A stretch of 64,000 nucleotides of DNA from an uncultured Poribacteria bacterium. GTDB taxonomy: Bacteria > Poribacteria > WGA-4E > WGA-3G. A program made the position numbers and the translations under genes. Below, one piece after another: positions 11,253 to 21,600 of the stretch. Under the pieces are notes generated by a model that had not been told where the DNA came from, did not search any database, and saw nothing but the letters and a program-made list of their open reading frames with translations. Location: the NCBI GenBank assembly GCA_951813545.1, contig OX638352.1:3728767-3792766 (forward strand). Direction: 5' to 3'. How positions within the stretch are numbered: the stretch's first letter is position 1; each line of letters begins with the position of its first letter.

Positions 11253-11459
11253 CTTTGCGTAATTGTGGTCTAAATAAGCGTATGCACTACAGGTTGTTGG
11301 GTTTCGCTATCCCTATTAATATGGAAGGTTCATCGAAAATTAAAATTCCCCGTACAAACTAAAGAGTCTTTAGTCATTTATCGCTCAACCCAACCTACGT
11401 CTATACTAAACAACGAGTTAAATGAATCCATCCGTAATTACGCTTTTCTTCCTTATGAA

Positions 11460-14400
11460 ATGTTTTTGTGGTATAATAGAGGCAAGATGGTGAAAGACAG
11501 CCTTCAGATTCCGAGACGCGAACTTAATAAAGGGGTGACGGTGAAAATGATGAATCGAGCAAATGAGAGTAATCATGGGATTGTAGAGGGAGAGTCGGGA
11601 ATCGGAGTTCCCTCCTACAAAAGCAACCCTTTATCCATTGCTTGGGTTGCGTGTACTTTGTTGTTGCTTGTCCACTTTATGATTATAGGGTGTGGGACCT
11701 TGATGACCGATCCGCAATCCGGTATTCCTTATGGAGATTCGCCTGTAGATTCACGCCCCGAAAAAGTATGGCCCGTGGAACGGACGCTCGTCAGCAATGA
11801 AGTTAACTGTATTGCTGCAGATTCAGACAATGTATGGATTGCGACAGCACTCGGGGTTTCTCGCTGGGACCGCCAACAGGATAAATGGCTCCACTATACG
11901 ATGGAAGATGGATTGGCGAACGATATGGTGAATGCCGTTGCAATTGATGGGCAGTGGGTCTGGTTCGCTACGGATGAGGGTGTGAGTCGCTACGATATGC
12001 AAACAGAGACCTTCGCGACCTTCCGAACTATTGATGGCTTGGCAAGCGACCAAATCTCCTCTATTGCGGTGGACGGAAACTACGTCTGGTTTGGAACATC
12101 CGACGGGTTAAACCGTTACGACAAAACGATTGATAGTTGGGCAGTACGTACCCGAAAAGATGGCTTAGTCAGCAAAGTAATTACAACGATCGCGGTCGAG
12201 CCGGAGTATGTGTGGGTTGGCACCGATAGGGAAATAAACCCCGATCCGCATGGATGGGATGAGGATCCGAGGTTCAGCAGAGGTGGGGTAAGTCGTTACC
12301 ATCGAGATACCGATTCTTGGAATAACTATACAAAATCAGATGGCTTGATAGACAGTGAGATTACCACGATTGCGGTGGACGATGACAGCGTGTGGTTTGG
12401 TACGCAAAAAGAAGGTGTCAGTCAATACAATCAGGTCGATCAGACATTCATCAAAACATATACGAAAACCGATCTGCTCAAAAGCAATATGATCACCTCC
12501 ATTCGTACAGATGGTTTTCAAGTCTGGTTTGGAACTGCCAATGCGGGTGTACATCGGTTTATTAAACCTGTCAATACGTGGGTGCATTACACCAAAGCAG
12601 ATGGATTGTCAAGCAATCATGTGAGTTGGATTGTCACACAAGGTAATGATGTTTGGTTTGCGAGCAAAGAGGATGGTGTGAGTCGCTTTGATAAGATAAC
12701 TGGTGACTGGACAATTTATAAGCAAGCCGATTTTCTCGCCGACAACGATGTTCGTGCTATAATACGTGATACTGATGGGAACCTCTGGATGGCAACAGTC
12801 GCAGGAATTTCGGTTTACTCTCCTCAAACGCGCAGTTGGGAAATCATCTCTAAAGAAGATGGGCTGCCGACTCCGTATGTCACGTCAATACTTATTAGCC
12901 AGAATAGCCGTCAGCCGAAAGCCGAAAGCCATCAGCGCTTGGGGAAACACCCAAGCAAAAACACTGTCAGTAAAGAGACCTCTCATCAATCGGAAGCCTC
13001 TTCTGCTGACAGCCGAGAGCCGAAAGCCGAAAGCCGTTCTCGCGTCTGGATTGGGACCGATCGAGGACTTGGGACGCGGACATATATGGACAGTGAATGG
13101 ACATTCCATACGCCGAAAAATAGCAATCGGCAGTCAGCCGTCAGCAGTCAGCAAGAGGATATGGATGCATCAGAAATCTCTTTACCGAAAGCCATTCACG
13201 GTGAGGCTTTTGTGACAGCACTTGATACCGATACGGCACAACTCAACGGTATTGTCTGGCTCGGTACCAGTTCGGGTCCCGCCATGTATGACCCAACATC
13301 TCAAGAATGGACGCAGCTTGCTGTGCCGGATACGCCCAAAAATCCGCTGATACTGTCTGTGCTTTTTCGTGATGGTAATGTTTGGTTTGGTGGGGCTGAG
13401 GGTGTTTGGCGATATTCGATTGCTGATAAGAAGATGCACCCTGCTGCCGACGGACTTCCCAACCCCTATGTTAATGTCCTATTGTCCACAGGAGAAAAAG
13501 GGAAAGAAGAGACACTTTGGGCAGGGACACGCCGAGGTCTTGCAAGGTATGACAGTACCCAGCAGCGTTGGGTGCCTTCGTCCTTTAATGAACAATTGCC
13601 CTCCGCCAATGTCACCGCGCTCGCTTTACAAAATGGTGTTCTCTGGATTGGGACTCCCCAAGGGTTAGGAAGTTACACGATTGCTTCCGATTCTTGGAAT
13701 TCTCTCTCAAATGTGCCGTATAACATTCGCGACATACTATGTGCGGCAGATAAAACGATTTGGCTGGCAACTGACACAGGTCTCATTGAATATGGCACGC
13801 AAGATGGTAGAGAGGTACTGCATCAATCTCGTCCGGTGCGGGAACCCTTCCGTGAAACCAGGGTCTCACACATCAAATTTGATGGCGATTACATCTGGTT
13901 CAATAACTGGAGGGCTTCGCCGAACGGTAGTATTGTGCGGTTTCATCGTCCAACAGAAACGTGGCGGCGTTTCACACGCTTGGATATCCTACAGTCCACT
14001 CAGAAAAGATCCATGACCTTTATCCGTTGGACGTACGTAGATACTGATGCTGTCTGGTTTACGACAGACTACGGAATCCTGCGTTACGATAAAACTTTGG
14101 ATACGTGGCAGCATTTTACAAAAGAAGATGGACTTTCTACAGACGATGTAGACAAAATTGCTATAAGTGAGCAGAGTGTTTGGGTCATCCCGATGATAGG
14201 TCTGGAATTAAACCATTATAGTAAAGCGACTGGAACATGGAAAGTGGTTGAACAGGGGGATAATCGTGATATTGAGCGTATAAAATCGCTTGGCGTTGAT
14301 GGACCAGAAGTCTGGTTTGCGTCTGGGCGTGGGCTCACTCGTTACAATGAAATCACCCGTGAATGGAAGGATTTCGGACCAAGGGATGGACTGGCAGGTA

Positions 14401-15938
14401 GAGGCGGCGAATGGATTACTGTAGATGACGATTTCATCTGGGTTGCGCGTTCGGAATGGGACAGAGGCAGCAACCGCCCATTATCGCGATACGATAAGAA
14501 AACAAAAAAGTGGACGACATTTTCAACGAATGATGTGCTTGCTGCAAGAACCATTAGACGCATTATCGCAACAGAGAACGATGTTTGGATACTCTACAGA
14601 CCCTGGGATGACGCAGGTGTCACTCGATACGATAGGCGGAATAAGGAGTGGACCACAATCAGATCAGGGCGCGGAACGCTCGAACTGGCAGCCGATGACG
14701 ACTATCTGTGGTTAGCAGCACCCAACGAAGGGCTTCGACGATTTCATTTCGCTTCTGGCACCTGGGCAACGTTTAAAGACATCAAGGGGCTGCTCCATAA
14801 CCATGTCGGTGAGTATGGGCTTGCAGTCGATGAAGACTATGTATGGGTGGGGACCTTGCGTGGACTTTCCCGTTATGATAAGCAAAAGGAATCTTGGACA
14901 CCTTTGACTGCCCTGCCAACCCTTATTGGACGCACTGTCCGGACGGTAGATACAGATGAACGTTTTGTCTGGGTCGGTACCGATAAAGGTATGTCCCGCT
15001 ATGATAAGGCTCTGGGGATCTGGAAAAATTATCGGCAAGAGGGTGGATCCGAAAACATAGAAACGCACGGTGGTCATTGGCACCAGCATGGACGAAAAAA
15101 GAGAGACTCCCTCTCCGATAATGTTGTAAGTTCTATTGTTGTTGATGAACAATACGTCTGGGTTGGGACACGCGACGGTGCGAATCGCTTTGATAAAATA
15201 GCCTTGCGGTGGGATCAGTACAAAACTCACCACGGGTTGCCTGCTAATAATGTGACTTCTGTCAGCAGCGACGGAAATAATATCTGGGTCGGGACTAATT
15301 CTGGGATTGGGAAGTATCCGCGCACAGCGGATGATCTCAACGCATGGATTACCTACACATCAGGGACTGAGATCCAGCCCTCCGCTGTATCTAAGGAGTT
15401 CGCAGAATCGTTGGTTACTGATCAAATTTGGTGTATCACGGCGAGCAAGAAACACGTCTGGGTCGGGACACGCCGAGGTGTCAGCAAATACGATGTGGGT
15501 AGAGATATCTGGAAAACAATCACAGTGGAAGATGGGCTCGCGAGCGATGAGGTCAGTTGTATTGCTATTGACGGCGATCGCGTCTGGTTTGGCAGTGATC
15601 TCGGTGTGACACTCTATAATGAAAAGACACAAGTTTGGGCTGCCTATACAACGGAAGATGGACTCGCCAGCAATAAGGTTACCACTATCGGTGTTGATGG
15701 AACAGAGGTCTGGATCGGTACCTACAATGCCGGCGTCAGTCGGTTTGATCAGTTGACGAATACCTGGACGACTTATACTCGGGAAGACGGTTTGGCGCAT
15801 AACGGTATCCTTTCTATGACTATAGGTAACACCTACGTTTGGTTGGGCACATATCGTGGATTGAGCCGTCTCGATAAACGCACGGGCATTTGGGCGACCT
15901 TCACAGAGTCTTACGGACCAGAGGATATATTGAGGTGA
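11460..15938 (+). CDS. Very large multi-beta-propeller protein (Reg_prop/two-component regulator propeller repeats), probable lipoprotein
   Basis: Dozens of 'DGL.SN.V..IA.DG..VWFGT..G.SRYD' repeats; hydrophobic stretch ending IIGC; start codon uncertain. Confidence 0.85.
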   Translation: MFLWYNRGKMVKDSLQIPRRELNKGVTVKMMNRANESNHGIVEGESGIGVPSYKSNPLSIAWVACTLLLLVHFMIIGCGTLMTDPQSGIPYGDSPVDSRPEKVWPVERTLVSNEVNCIAADSDNVWIATALGVSRWDRQQDKWLHYTMEDGLANDMVNAVAIDGQWVWFATDEGVSRYDMQTETFATFRTIDGLASDQISSIAVDGNYVWFGTSDGLNRYDKTIDSWAVRTRKDGLVSKVITTIAVEPEYVWVGTDREINPDPHGWDEDPRFSRGGVSRYHRDTDSWNNYTKSDGLIDSEITTIAVDDDSVWFGTQKEGVSQYNQVDQTFIKTYTKTDLLKSNMITSIRTDGFQVWFGTANAGVHRFIKPVNTWVHYTKADGLSSNHVSWIVTQGNDVWFASKEDGVSRFDKITGDWTIYKQADFLADNDVRAIIRDTDGNLWMATVAGISVYSPQTRSWEIISKEDGLPTPYVTSILISQNSRQPKAESHQRLGKHPSKNTVSKETSHQSEASSADSREPKAESRSRVWIGTDRGLGTRTYMDSEWTFHTPKNSNRQSAVSSQQEDMDASEISLPKAIHGEAFVTALDTDTAQLNGIVWLGTSSGPAMYDPTSQEWTQLAVPDTPKNPLILSVLFRDGNVWFGGAEGVWRYSIADKKMHPAADGLPNPYVNVLLSTGEKGKEETLWAGTRRGLARYDSTQQRWVPSSFNEQLPSANVTALALQNGVLWIGTPQGLGSYTIASDSWNSLSNVPYNIRDILCAADKTIWLATDTGLIEYGTQDGREVLHQSRPVREPFRETRVSHIKFDGDYIWFNNWRASPNGSIVRFHRPTETWRRFTRLDILQSTQKRSMTFIRWTYVDTDAVWFTTDYGILRYDKTLDTWQHFTKEDGLSTDDVDKIAISEQSVWVIPMIGLELNHYSKATGTWKVVEQGDNRDIERIKSLGVDGPEVWFASGRGLTRYNEITREWKDFGPRDGLAGRGGEWITVDDDFIWVARSEWDRGSNRPLSRYDKKTKKWTTFSTNDVLAARTIRRIIATENDVWILYRPWDDAGVTRYDRRNKEWTTIRSGRGTLELAADDDYLWLAAPNEGLRRFHFASGTWATFKDIKGLLHNHVGEYGLAVDEDYVWVGTLRGLSRYDKQKESWTPLTALPTLIGRTVRTVDTDERFVWVGTDKGMSRYDKALGIWKNYRQEGGSENIETHGGHWHQHGRKKRDSLSDNVVSSIVVDEQYVWVGTRDGANRFDKIALRWDQYKTHHGLPANNVTSVSSDGNNIWVGTNSGIGKYPRTADDLNAWITYTSGTEIQPSAVSKEFAESLVTDQIWCITASKKHVWVGTRRGVSKYDVGRDIWKTITVEDGLASDEVSCIAIDGDRVWFGSDLGVTLYNEKTQVWAAYTTEDGLASNKVTTIGVDGTEVWIGTYNAGVSRFDQLTNTWTTYTREDGLAHNGILSMTIGNTYVWLGTYRGLSRLDKRTGIWATFTESYGPEDILR

Positions 15939-15945
15939 GGAATGG

Positions 15946-16081
15946 TTGTCAGAAGAATAGTTGTCAGTTATCAGTTGTCAGTTAAAAGAGGTTTTGGATA
16001 GTTCCAAAGTCTCTTTCTGAAAACTGAAAGGTTTTTCGCAGAAAAACCGAACTGACAACTGATAACCACTGATAACCGATA
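15946..16081. repeat. TCAGT/CTGAC-type imperfect palindromic intergenic repeat
   Basis: GTTGTCAGTTATCAGTTGTCAG ... CTGACAACTGATAACCACTGATAACC; similar elements near 32275-32390, 59743-59805 and 61710-61830. Confidence 0.65.
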
Positions 16082-16085
16082 AGAT

Positions 16086-18065
16086 ATGGAAATAAATGCA
16101 GACGACCGAAAGTCCCGGATCCGTGCCCGTTTTCCTGCTAAATGTCTTTTCTTCCTGTTGAAAGTCTTGCTTTGCTGTGTTCTCGTGCTCCGCGCTGAGG
16201 CAGAGGACGCGTACAGTCTATTCGGTAAATTGTTCCTGTCCGGACGCGTCGAATACGATTTCACAAATAGACGAAACTTCCTCGCAGATACTGAGGAGGA
16301 GCGAGTTAGGCAAGACAGTTTTGATTTTGACCGCCTCTTTCGGCGCGGTTTTCACAGTGTTATGGTAATTGAGGAAACCGCGGGCAGCGTCAAAAATATC
16401 CTCAGCCTCGGAGAGGTCCCGACAACCTTCACGAAATTCACCTTCGATCAGATTGACTTAAGCGGTGTCCGTTGGGAGGTCCGTTCCAACCGCACCGATT
16501 GGACGATTCTAATGGTCCCCGGTTTGCTCAATCGACTGAACGGACAAGAGGGAAAAACCGATGGATCAGGTATAGGCTTACGCGAGGTCACAAAGTTCGG
16601 CAGGTCGCAGTTGGGACTTTCTTGGTACTATCGCAAGGTCCCTGTATGGGCGGTGGATTTGGAAACCAATTTTACCAACTACGGTATAAAAGCCGAGGTG
16701 GCTGTCACGCCGAAAAGCGCGTTGCAAAAGAACTTGGGTTCACGTTTCGATGCAACGACAACAGTTTTCAAAGCCTTCCAAACTGCTGGTGATACGATTT
16801 TTCAGGCGGAAGCGTATCGTGTCGGTCCGAGGTTCGATGCCTCTCGCTCCGTCGGTGATAACGATGACCAGGACCGCTACTCCGATAATACACCTGCTGA
16901 TCCTCCCTCTCTAATTATTCCCGGTGACCTTGACAAAAATAACAACGGTATCTTCGACTACGAGGATGATATTCTACTTTTCGATGTCGATGAGGATTTC
17001 TTGGACGAAAGCGATCTAAACAACAACGGTATCCGAGACGAGGAGGAAAACGATCAGGACCCGAATTACGAGTTCGATGTTGGACTGCAAGGCGTACGGC
17101 TTTTCATGAACCGTAAAATAAGTCGTCAGGCGAGTGTGGTTGACTTAGATCTCGGGCTACAGATTGAAGAAAATCTCAGACTCAGAAATACCCCCTCTTC
17201 AACGAAAGCATTTGGCAATCTGATTTATCGGAAGGAACTTGCGCGGGCTTCGTCGCTCGTTTTTGAGAACGAACTGAAACTGGTAAAAGATCGGATTCCT
17301 GACGAGACATGGTATTTTGCTGGGTTTTTAAGCAGAACGGAGGAGCATCTCTATCGAGCACAACCAGAAGTCCGGAAAATGGAAAGGAACGGGGAAGTGC
17401 AATTCTTCGGTATTGATGGCGGCACCGAAGTCGAAAAACGGCGCAGGGATCCGCTGCTGATGCAGAACGACCTGATTAACACCGCCAAAATCACGTATGA
17501 ATACTTGGGAATTGAACGGATGGTCACGACGGCTCGCGCTAAAATTCAATACGATTACGATTTTGAAAAAGACAATCAGCATTACGAAGTCGGCATTTTC
17601 AAGACCCTATACCGGATGCGTCCCACCAAATCACTTGAGATTAGCCCAATGTTTAAGTCCACCATCCGTAACGGATTTCGGATGGCAGAGGACCGGCTTG
17701 AATACCTTTCCCTGAGCGGAGAAATCGACGGTCGGGAAGCCTTTCGCCGACTCCGATTGCGCCAGATTGAACGGGCGAATGTGAGGGATATGGCTTCAGC
17801 ACTCATCCTCAAGGTCGTCTATCAGTTTACGAAGACTATCAAACTCACCGGTGGTGGGCAAATTCTTTTGTTCAATGATATGCGTGATAATGATAACGAC
17901 TTTGTCCGTCAAGCACTGTTGGCTGAAATGGAGAAGAGTTTTGTCGCTTACGAGAAGCGACTCTTCCTTCATATTGGTGCCCGATACATAGATCAGCGCG
18001 CAATCGGAGATGTTAACGATCAGAATTACATGGAAATTTTTGTGCGTGTCTTTGGAAGGTTCTAA
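16086..18065 (+). CDS. Putative outer-membrane/secreted protein with Asp-rich Ca-binding repeats
   Basis: Signal-like N-terminus; DLDKNNNGIFD and DLNNNGIRD motifs; terminal amphipathic strand ending in Phe. Confidence 0.6.
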   Translation: MEINADDRKSRIRARFPAKCLFFLLKVLLCCVLVLRAEAEDAYSLFGKLFLSGRVEYDFTNRRNFLADTEEERVRQDSFDFDRLFRRGFHSVMVIEETAGSVKNILSLGEVPTTFTKFTFDQIDLSGVRWEVRSNRTDWTILMVPGLLNRLNGQEGKTDGSGIGLREVTKFGRSQLGLSWYYRKVPVWAVDLETNFTNYGIKAEVAVTPKSALQKNLGSRFDATTTVFKAFQTAGDTIFQAEAYRVGPRFDASRSVGDNDDQDRYSDNTPADPPSLIIPGDLDKNNNGIFDYEDDILLFDVDEDFLDESDLNNNGIRDEEENDQDPNYEFDVGLQGVRLFMNRKISRQASVVDLDLGLQIEENLRLRNTPSSTKAFGNLIYRKELARASSLVFENELKLVKDRIPDETWYFAGFLSRTEEHLYRAQPEVRKMERNGEVQFFGIDGGTEVEKRRRDPLLMQNDLINTAKITYEYLGIERMVTTARAKIQYDYDFEKDNQHYEVGIFKTLYRMRPTKSLEISPMFKSTIRNGFRMAEDRLEYLSLSGEIDGREAFRRLRLRQIERANVRDMASALILKVVYQFTKTIKLTGGGQILLFNDMRDNDNDFVRQALLAEMEKSFVAYEKRLFLHIGARYIDQRAIGDVNDQNYMEIFVRVFGRF

Positions 18066-18143
18066 AAAAATAGACGAATTATAAAAAATTATGCATTTTT
18101 TTCACAAATTTCCGTAAAATTGTGATTTTCTTTGTAAATTAAC

Positions 18144-18172
18144 TTGACAAGTGCTTTTTTAGGGTGTATAAT
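18144..18172 (+). promoter_or_regulatory. Consensus sigma70 promoter of the blaI/blaR-like operon
   Basis: TTGACA (18144-18149), 17-bp spacer, TATAAT (18167-18172). Confidence 0.8.
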
Positions 18173-18292
18173 ACTATTATTACGTATTTAGATTTAGTAT
18201 TTGCTGATCGTAATTCGCGGCATGAGCATTAACGTTCTGACTCGTGAGTCAAATTCACCTTTAACCTTTTATATAAGTAGGGACCACATCAG

Positions 18293-18679
18293 ATGAAAAC
18301 CAAAAGATTACACCACTTAGAACTTGAAGTGATGAAAGTTGTATGGAGGTTGACGCGTGCCACAGTCAACGATGTCCTTAATAACATTGATCGGAAGCTC
18401 GCCTATACCACCGTTGCCACCACCATGAAAAGCCTTGAGAAGAAAGGTTTTTTGTCGCATCAAGTAGATGGTAGGACGTTCGTTTATCAGCCTTTGGTCA
18501 AAGAAGCAGAGATTACGCATACAATGCTCAACGATTTACTGGAACGCCTTTTTGACAACTCAGCCGAAAAACTGGTGAACACGCTCCTCGAAGTGCGACA
18601 CACCAGCGCAGCTGAACACAATCGCTTACAAGCATTAATTAACAACTATCAACCTGAAGAGGAAAAAACCGATGACTAA
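18293..18679 (+). CDS. BlaI/MecI/CopY family repressor
   Basis: LELEVMKVVW, LAYTTVAT..L..KG and R.FVY.P motifs. Confidence 0.9.
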   Translation: MKTKRLHHLELEVMKVVWRLTRATVNDVLNNIDRKLAYTTVATTMKSLEKKGFLSHQVDGRTFVYQPLVKEAEITHTMLNDLLERLFDNSAEKLVNTLLEVRHTSAAEHNRLQALINNYQPEEEKTDD

Positions 18680-21600
18680 GCAAATCCTACTTTCTTTACT
18701 CAACTGCTCGTGGCAGTGGATGTTATTGGGTGGCTTGACATGGTTCATTACGAATTACCTGTTCCGCAAAAAGCGTCGTTCTAACACCACTGTTCACCTG
18801 TTATGGCTGTTGTCTTTGCTCAGTTTACCAATCCTGTTCGGTCTAAATCAATTTGTACCGGCACTTTCAATCAATGGCACGGTCCCGGAATTAACGCAGG
18901 CAGCACCAATAAACATATCCGGTTTAGCTGCGCCAACTACGACCCTACCGGAAATTTCATCCGCCGCAAGCCACACGCAAACCGGAAATCAACGCCTTAC
19001 AAGCGGTAAATCTTTTTTCAATTGGGAAACTAAGACCGATCTGCTATTGTGTCTTTGGGCAATCGGTGCATTCGCTATGCTCATCCGTTTCCTATTTGGT
19101 TTGTACCGAATCCGTCAACTCCGACGCGGTGCAGTCGTGGCTGATGATTCATATCAGGCAATCTGTCAACGCTTGGCGCGACAACTGAATATAAAGCGTT
19201 CGGTCACTGTCTGTTTCTCGGACCGCGTAGTATCGCCGATCTCATTTGGTTGGTTATCGTCCCACATCCTGATTCCGCGAGAACTGAATTTGGAGCAGTT
19301 TGAATTGGTAGCCGCCCACGAATTAGCACATGTGCAACGCCTCGATTGGTTAACGAACCTCTTTTCACACTTCGTAGGCGTGGTCTTCTTTTTCCATCCA
19401 ATTTACCATCTCCTTAATCGTGAACTCGTCCATCTACGAGAACGCATCTGTGACGACTGGGTCATCCAATTGACAGGTGCCAGAAAAAACTACGCACAGT
19501 GTTTATTAGATCTGGTACGCCGCGAAAACCGGACTGTTCCACTCGCGTTGTCACTTAATCAGCCATCGCAATTGGAATCTCGAATTGATTCTATCCTGAA
19601 AAGTAATCGACGGTTAGACGTGCAACTGAAGCCGCGCTTACAGCTGATAGTGGCAACCTTGCTCCTAACTTGCCTGCCATTATTGGCAATGGCACAATTG
19701 GTTCCACTGAAAACTTTCCAAGTTTCACTCTTCGCTCAGACACCTCAGAAATTAGAAAACGGGGTTGATAAGACTGAGAAAAAGCAAGGGATGGAGAAAG
19801 CGAAGGTTGGAAAGATGGGCGAGAAACAGTACAAAGATGAATCACACATTGAAGTGAAAGACCCAGCACTGTTTGAGCAGTCTGAAGAAAACAAGATATT
19901 CTCTGGACCGCAACCCGGCGAAAAACTCCCGGCATTGATGGTGACCGGCATTAGTGGCGAAACCGAGGGCCGGATATTGAATATCACCGCTAAGGTGGAT
20001 GGAAAGCCGCTCGTGTTATTCTTGCAAGATACCAATGCAGTTGGTATAAAAGGGCTTGTTAACGTGTCTAAGTTGCTCCTCAAAATTGATGCTTTCCAAA
20101 AAAGGCACAGCACGGCAACGGGTACCAAAACGTCTCATCAAGGGCTCCAGATAGGTGCTGTGTTCCTTGCAGATAATCTCGACACGCTACCTGAATGGGC
20201 GCATGATATGCTAAAAAAAGAGATTCCAAATGAGATATTAACAGGAATATCTCCCGATGGGCGTGAAGGACCGGGCAGTTACGGATTGAACCGCAATGTC
20301 GCACAGACCGTTCTTATCGCTAAAGATGGGAAAGTACTGCACAACTTTGCTTTCACACAACCGATGCTCTATACCGATCCACACTTCCTCGGTGCCATCG
20401 CACAAGCGATTGAAGTAGAACCCGCTACACTGGAGAAGTGGCTGAATGAAGCGTCAGCGAAACGCTATAAGGAAGACGATTTGGACAAAAAGACAATCGC
20501 TTCTAAGTTTGCCGAACTTCAAAAAGCCATCAGGAATGGAAAAATACCAAGATCGGAAGTGGCAGAACATCTCAAAAAACTGGGAATCACTTGGGAAGAA
20601 GGCGAACAACTTCTCAAGGAGACAAAAGATGATGCGCAGATGATGCGCAGAGAAGGTTGGATGGTCGGTGCGGAAGGACCGATTCTGCGGAGCAACGATG
20701 ATGCGCAGATAATGCGCAGAGAAGGTTGGATGGTCGGTGCGGAAGGACCGATTCTGCGGAGCAACGATGATGCGCAGATGATGCGCAGAGAACGCCAATA
20801 TGAAAATCGCCGTCAAATAGAAGTTGCTGACCCAGCAGATTTCGGTACGTCCGAAGAAAAACAGATATTTTCTGGACCGCAACCCGGCGAAAAACTTCCG
20901 CCGCTACTGGCGACAGGTATACGCGGTGGCGCAAAAGGTAAAACCTTTGATTTCATCGCTAAGGCAGATGATGGAAAGTTGCTTGTACTTTTGTTGCAAG
21001 ACGGTAGCGGTGTGGGTTTGCGTGGGTTGTATGATATTGCGGGTGTTGTTGATAAAATCTCCAACGCATCTAAGCAAGAACTACAGATGAGCGTCGTATT
21101 TCTTGGAGATGATCCCGCCGCGTTGAAACAAATCACACAGCATGTGCCAGAGAACATTGGCGATTTGGTCGGTATTTCTCCGGATGGGCGTGAGGGACCG
21201 GGTAACTACGGATTGAACCGTAATGTGGCACAAACAATTATCATCGCCAAGGATGGAAAAGTGCTTCATAACTTCGCTTTCACACAACCTTTGATCTATG
21301 CTGACCCACATGTCATCGGTGCCATCGCCCAGACAATCGGAGAGGATCCGTCAACAGTTGGGAAATGGTTGAACGAAGAGGCTGCTGAAAATGAGCGGAT
21401 GCAGCGCGACAGCGGACAAATGGAACGAGAAGATGCTCGCGATCGTGAACGCACGCCATCTCGGGAAGAACTTGTCAAACGGTTTGACAAAGATGGTGAC
21501 GGCAAATTGAATGAAGAAGAAGGCATGGCAGCGCGCCGCGCCTTAGCGAATCGGGAAAATCAAAACCGAAACCGCAGAGAGAACGTTGAAGTGAAAAATC

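Larger units (their letters stand above)
10050..11291 (+). mobile_element. IS3-family insertion sequence
   Basis: TG...CA ends; imperfect 27-bp IRs (TGTACTGCCTACGGTTTTTTAGACCAC vs TGTAGTGCATACGCTTATTTAGACCAC); GGT target duplication at 10047-10049 and 11292-11294. Confidence 0.9.
9986..11398. repeat. GTAGGTTGGGTTGA...TCAACCCAACCTAC REP/MITE-like element interrupted by the IS3
   Basis: Terminal inverted repeats; related copies at 22400-22683 and 63333-63559. Confidence 0.75.

Noticed and set aside
20628-20792. CRISPR-like array
   Set aside because: The units are near-identical tandem coding repeats with no unique spacers, and there are no cas genes.
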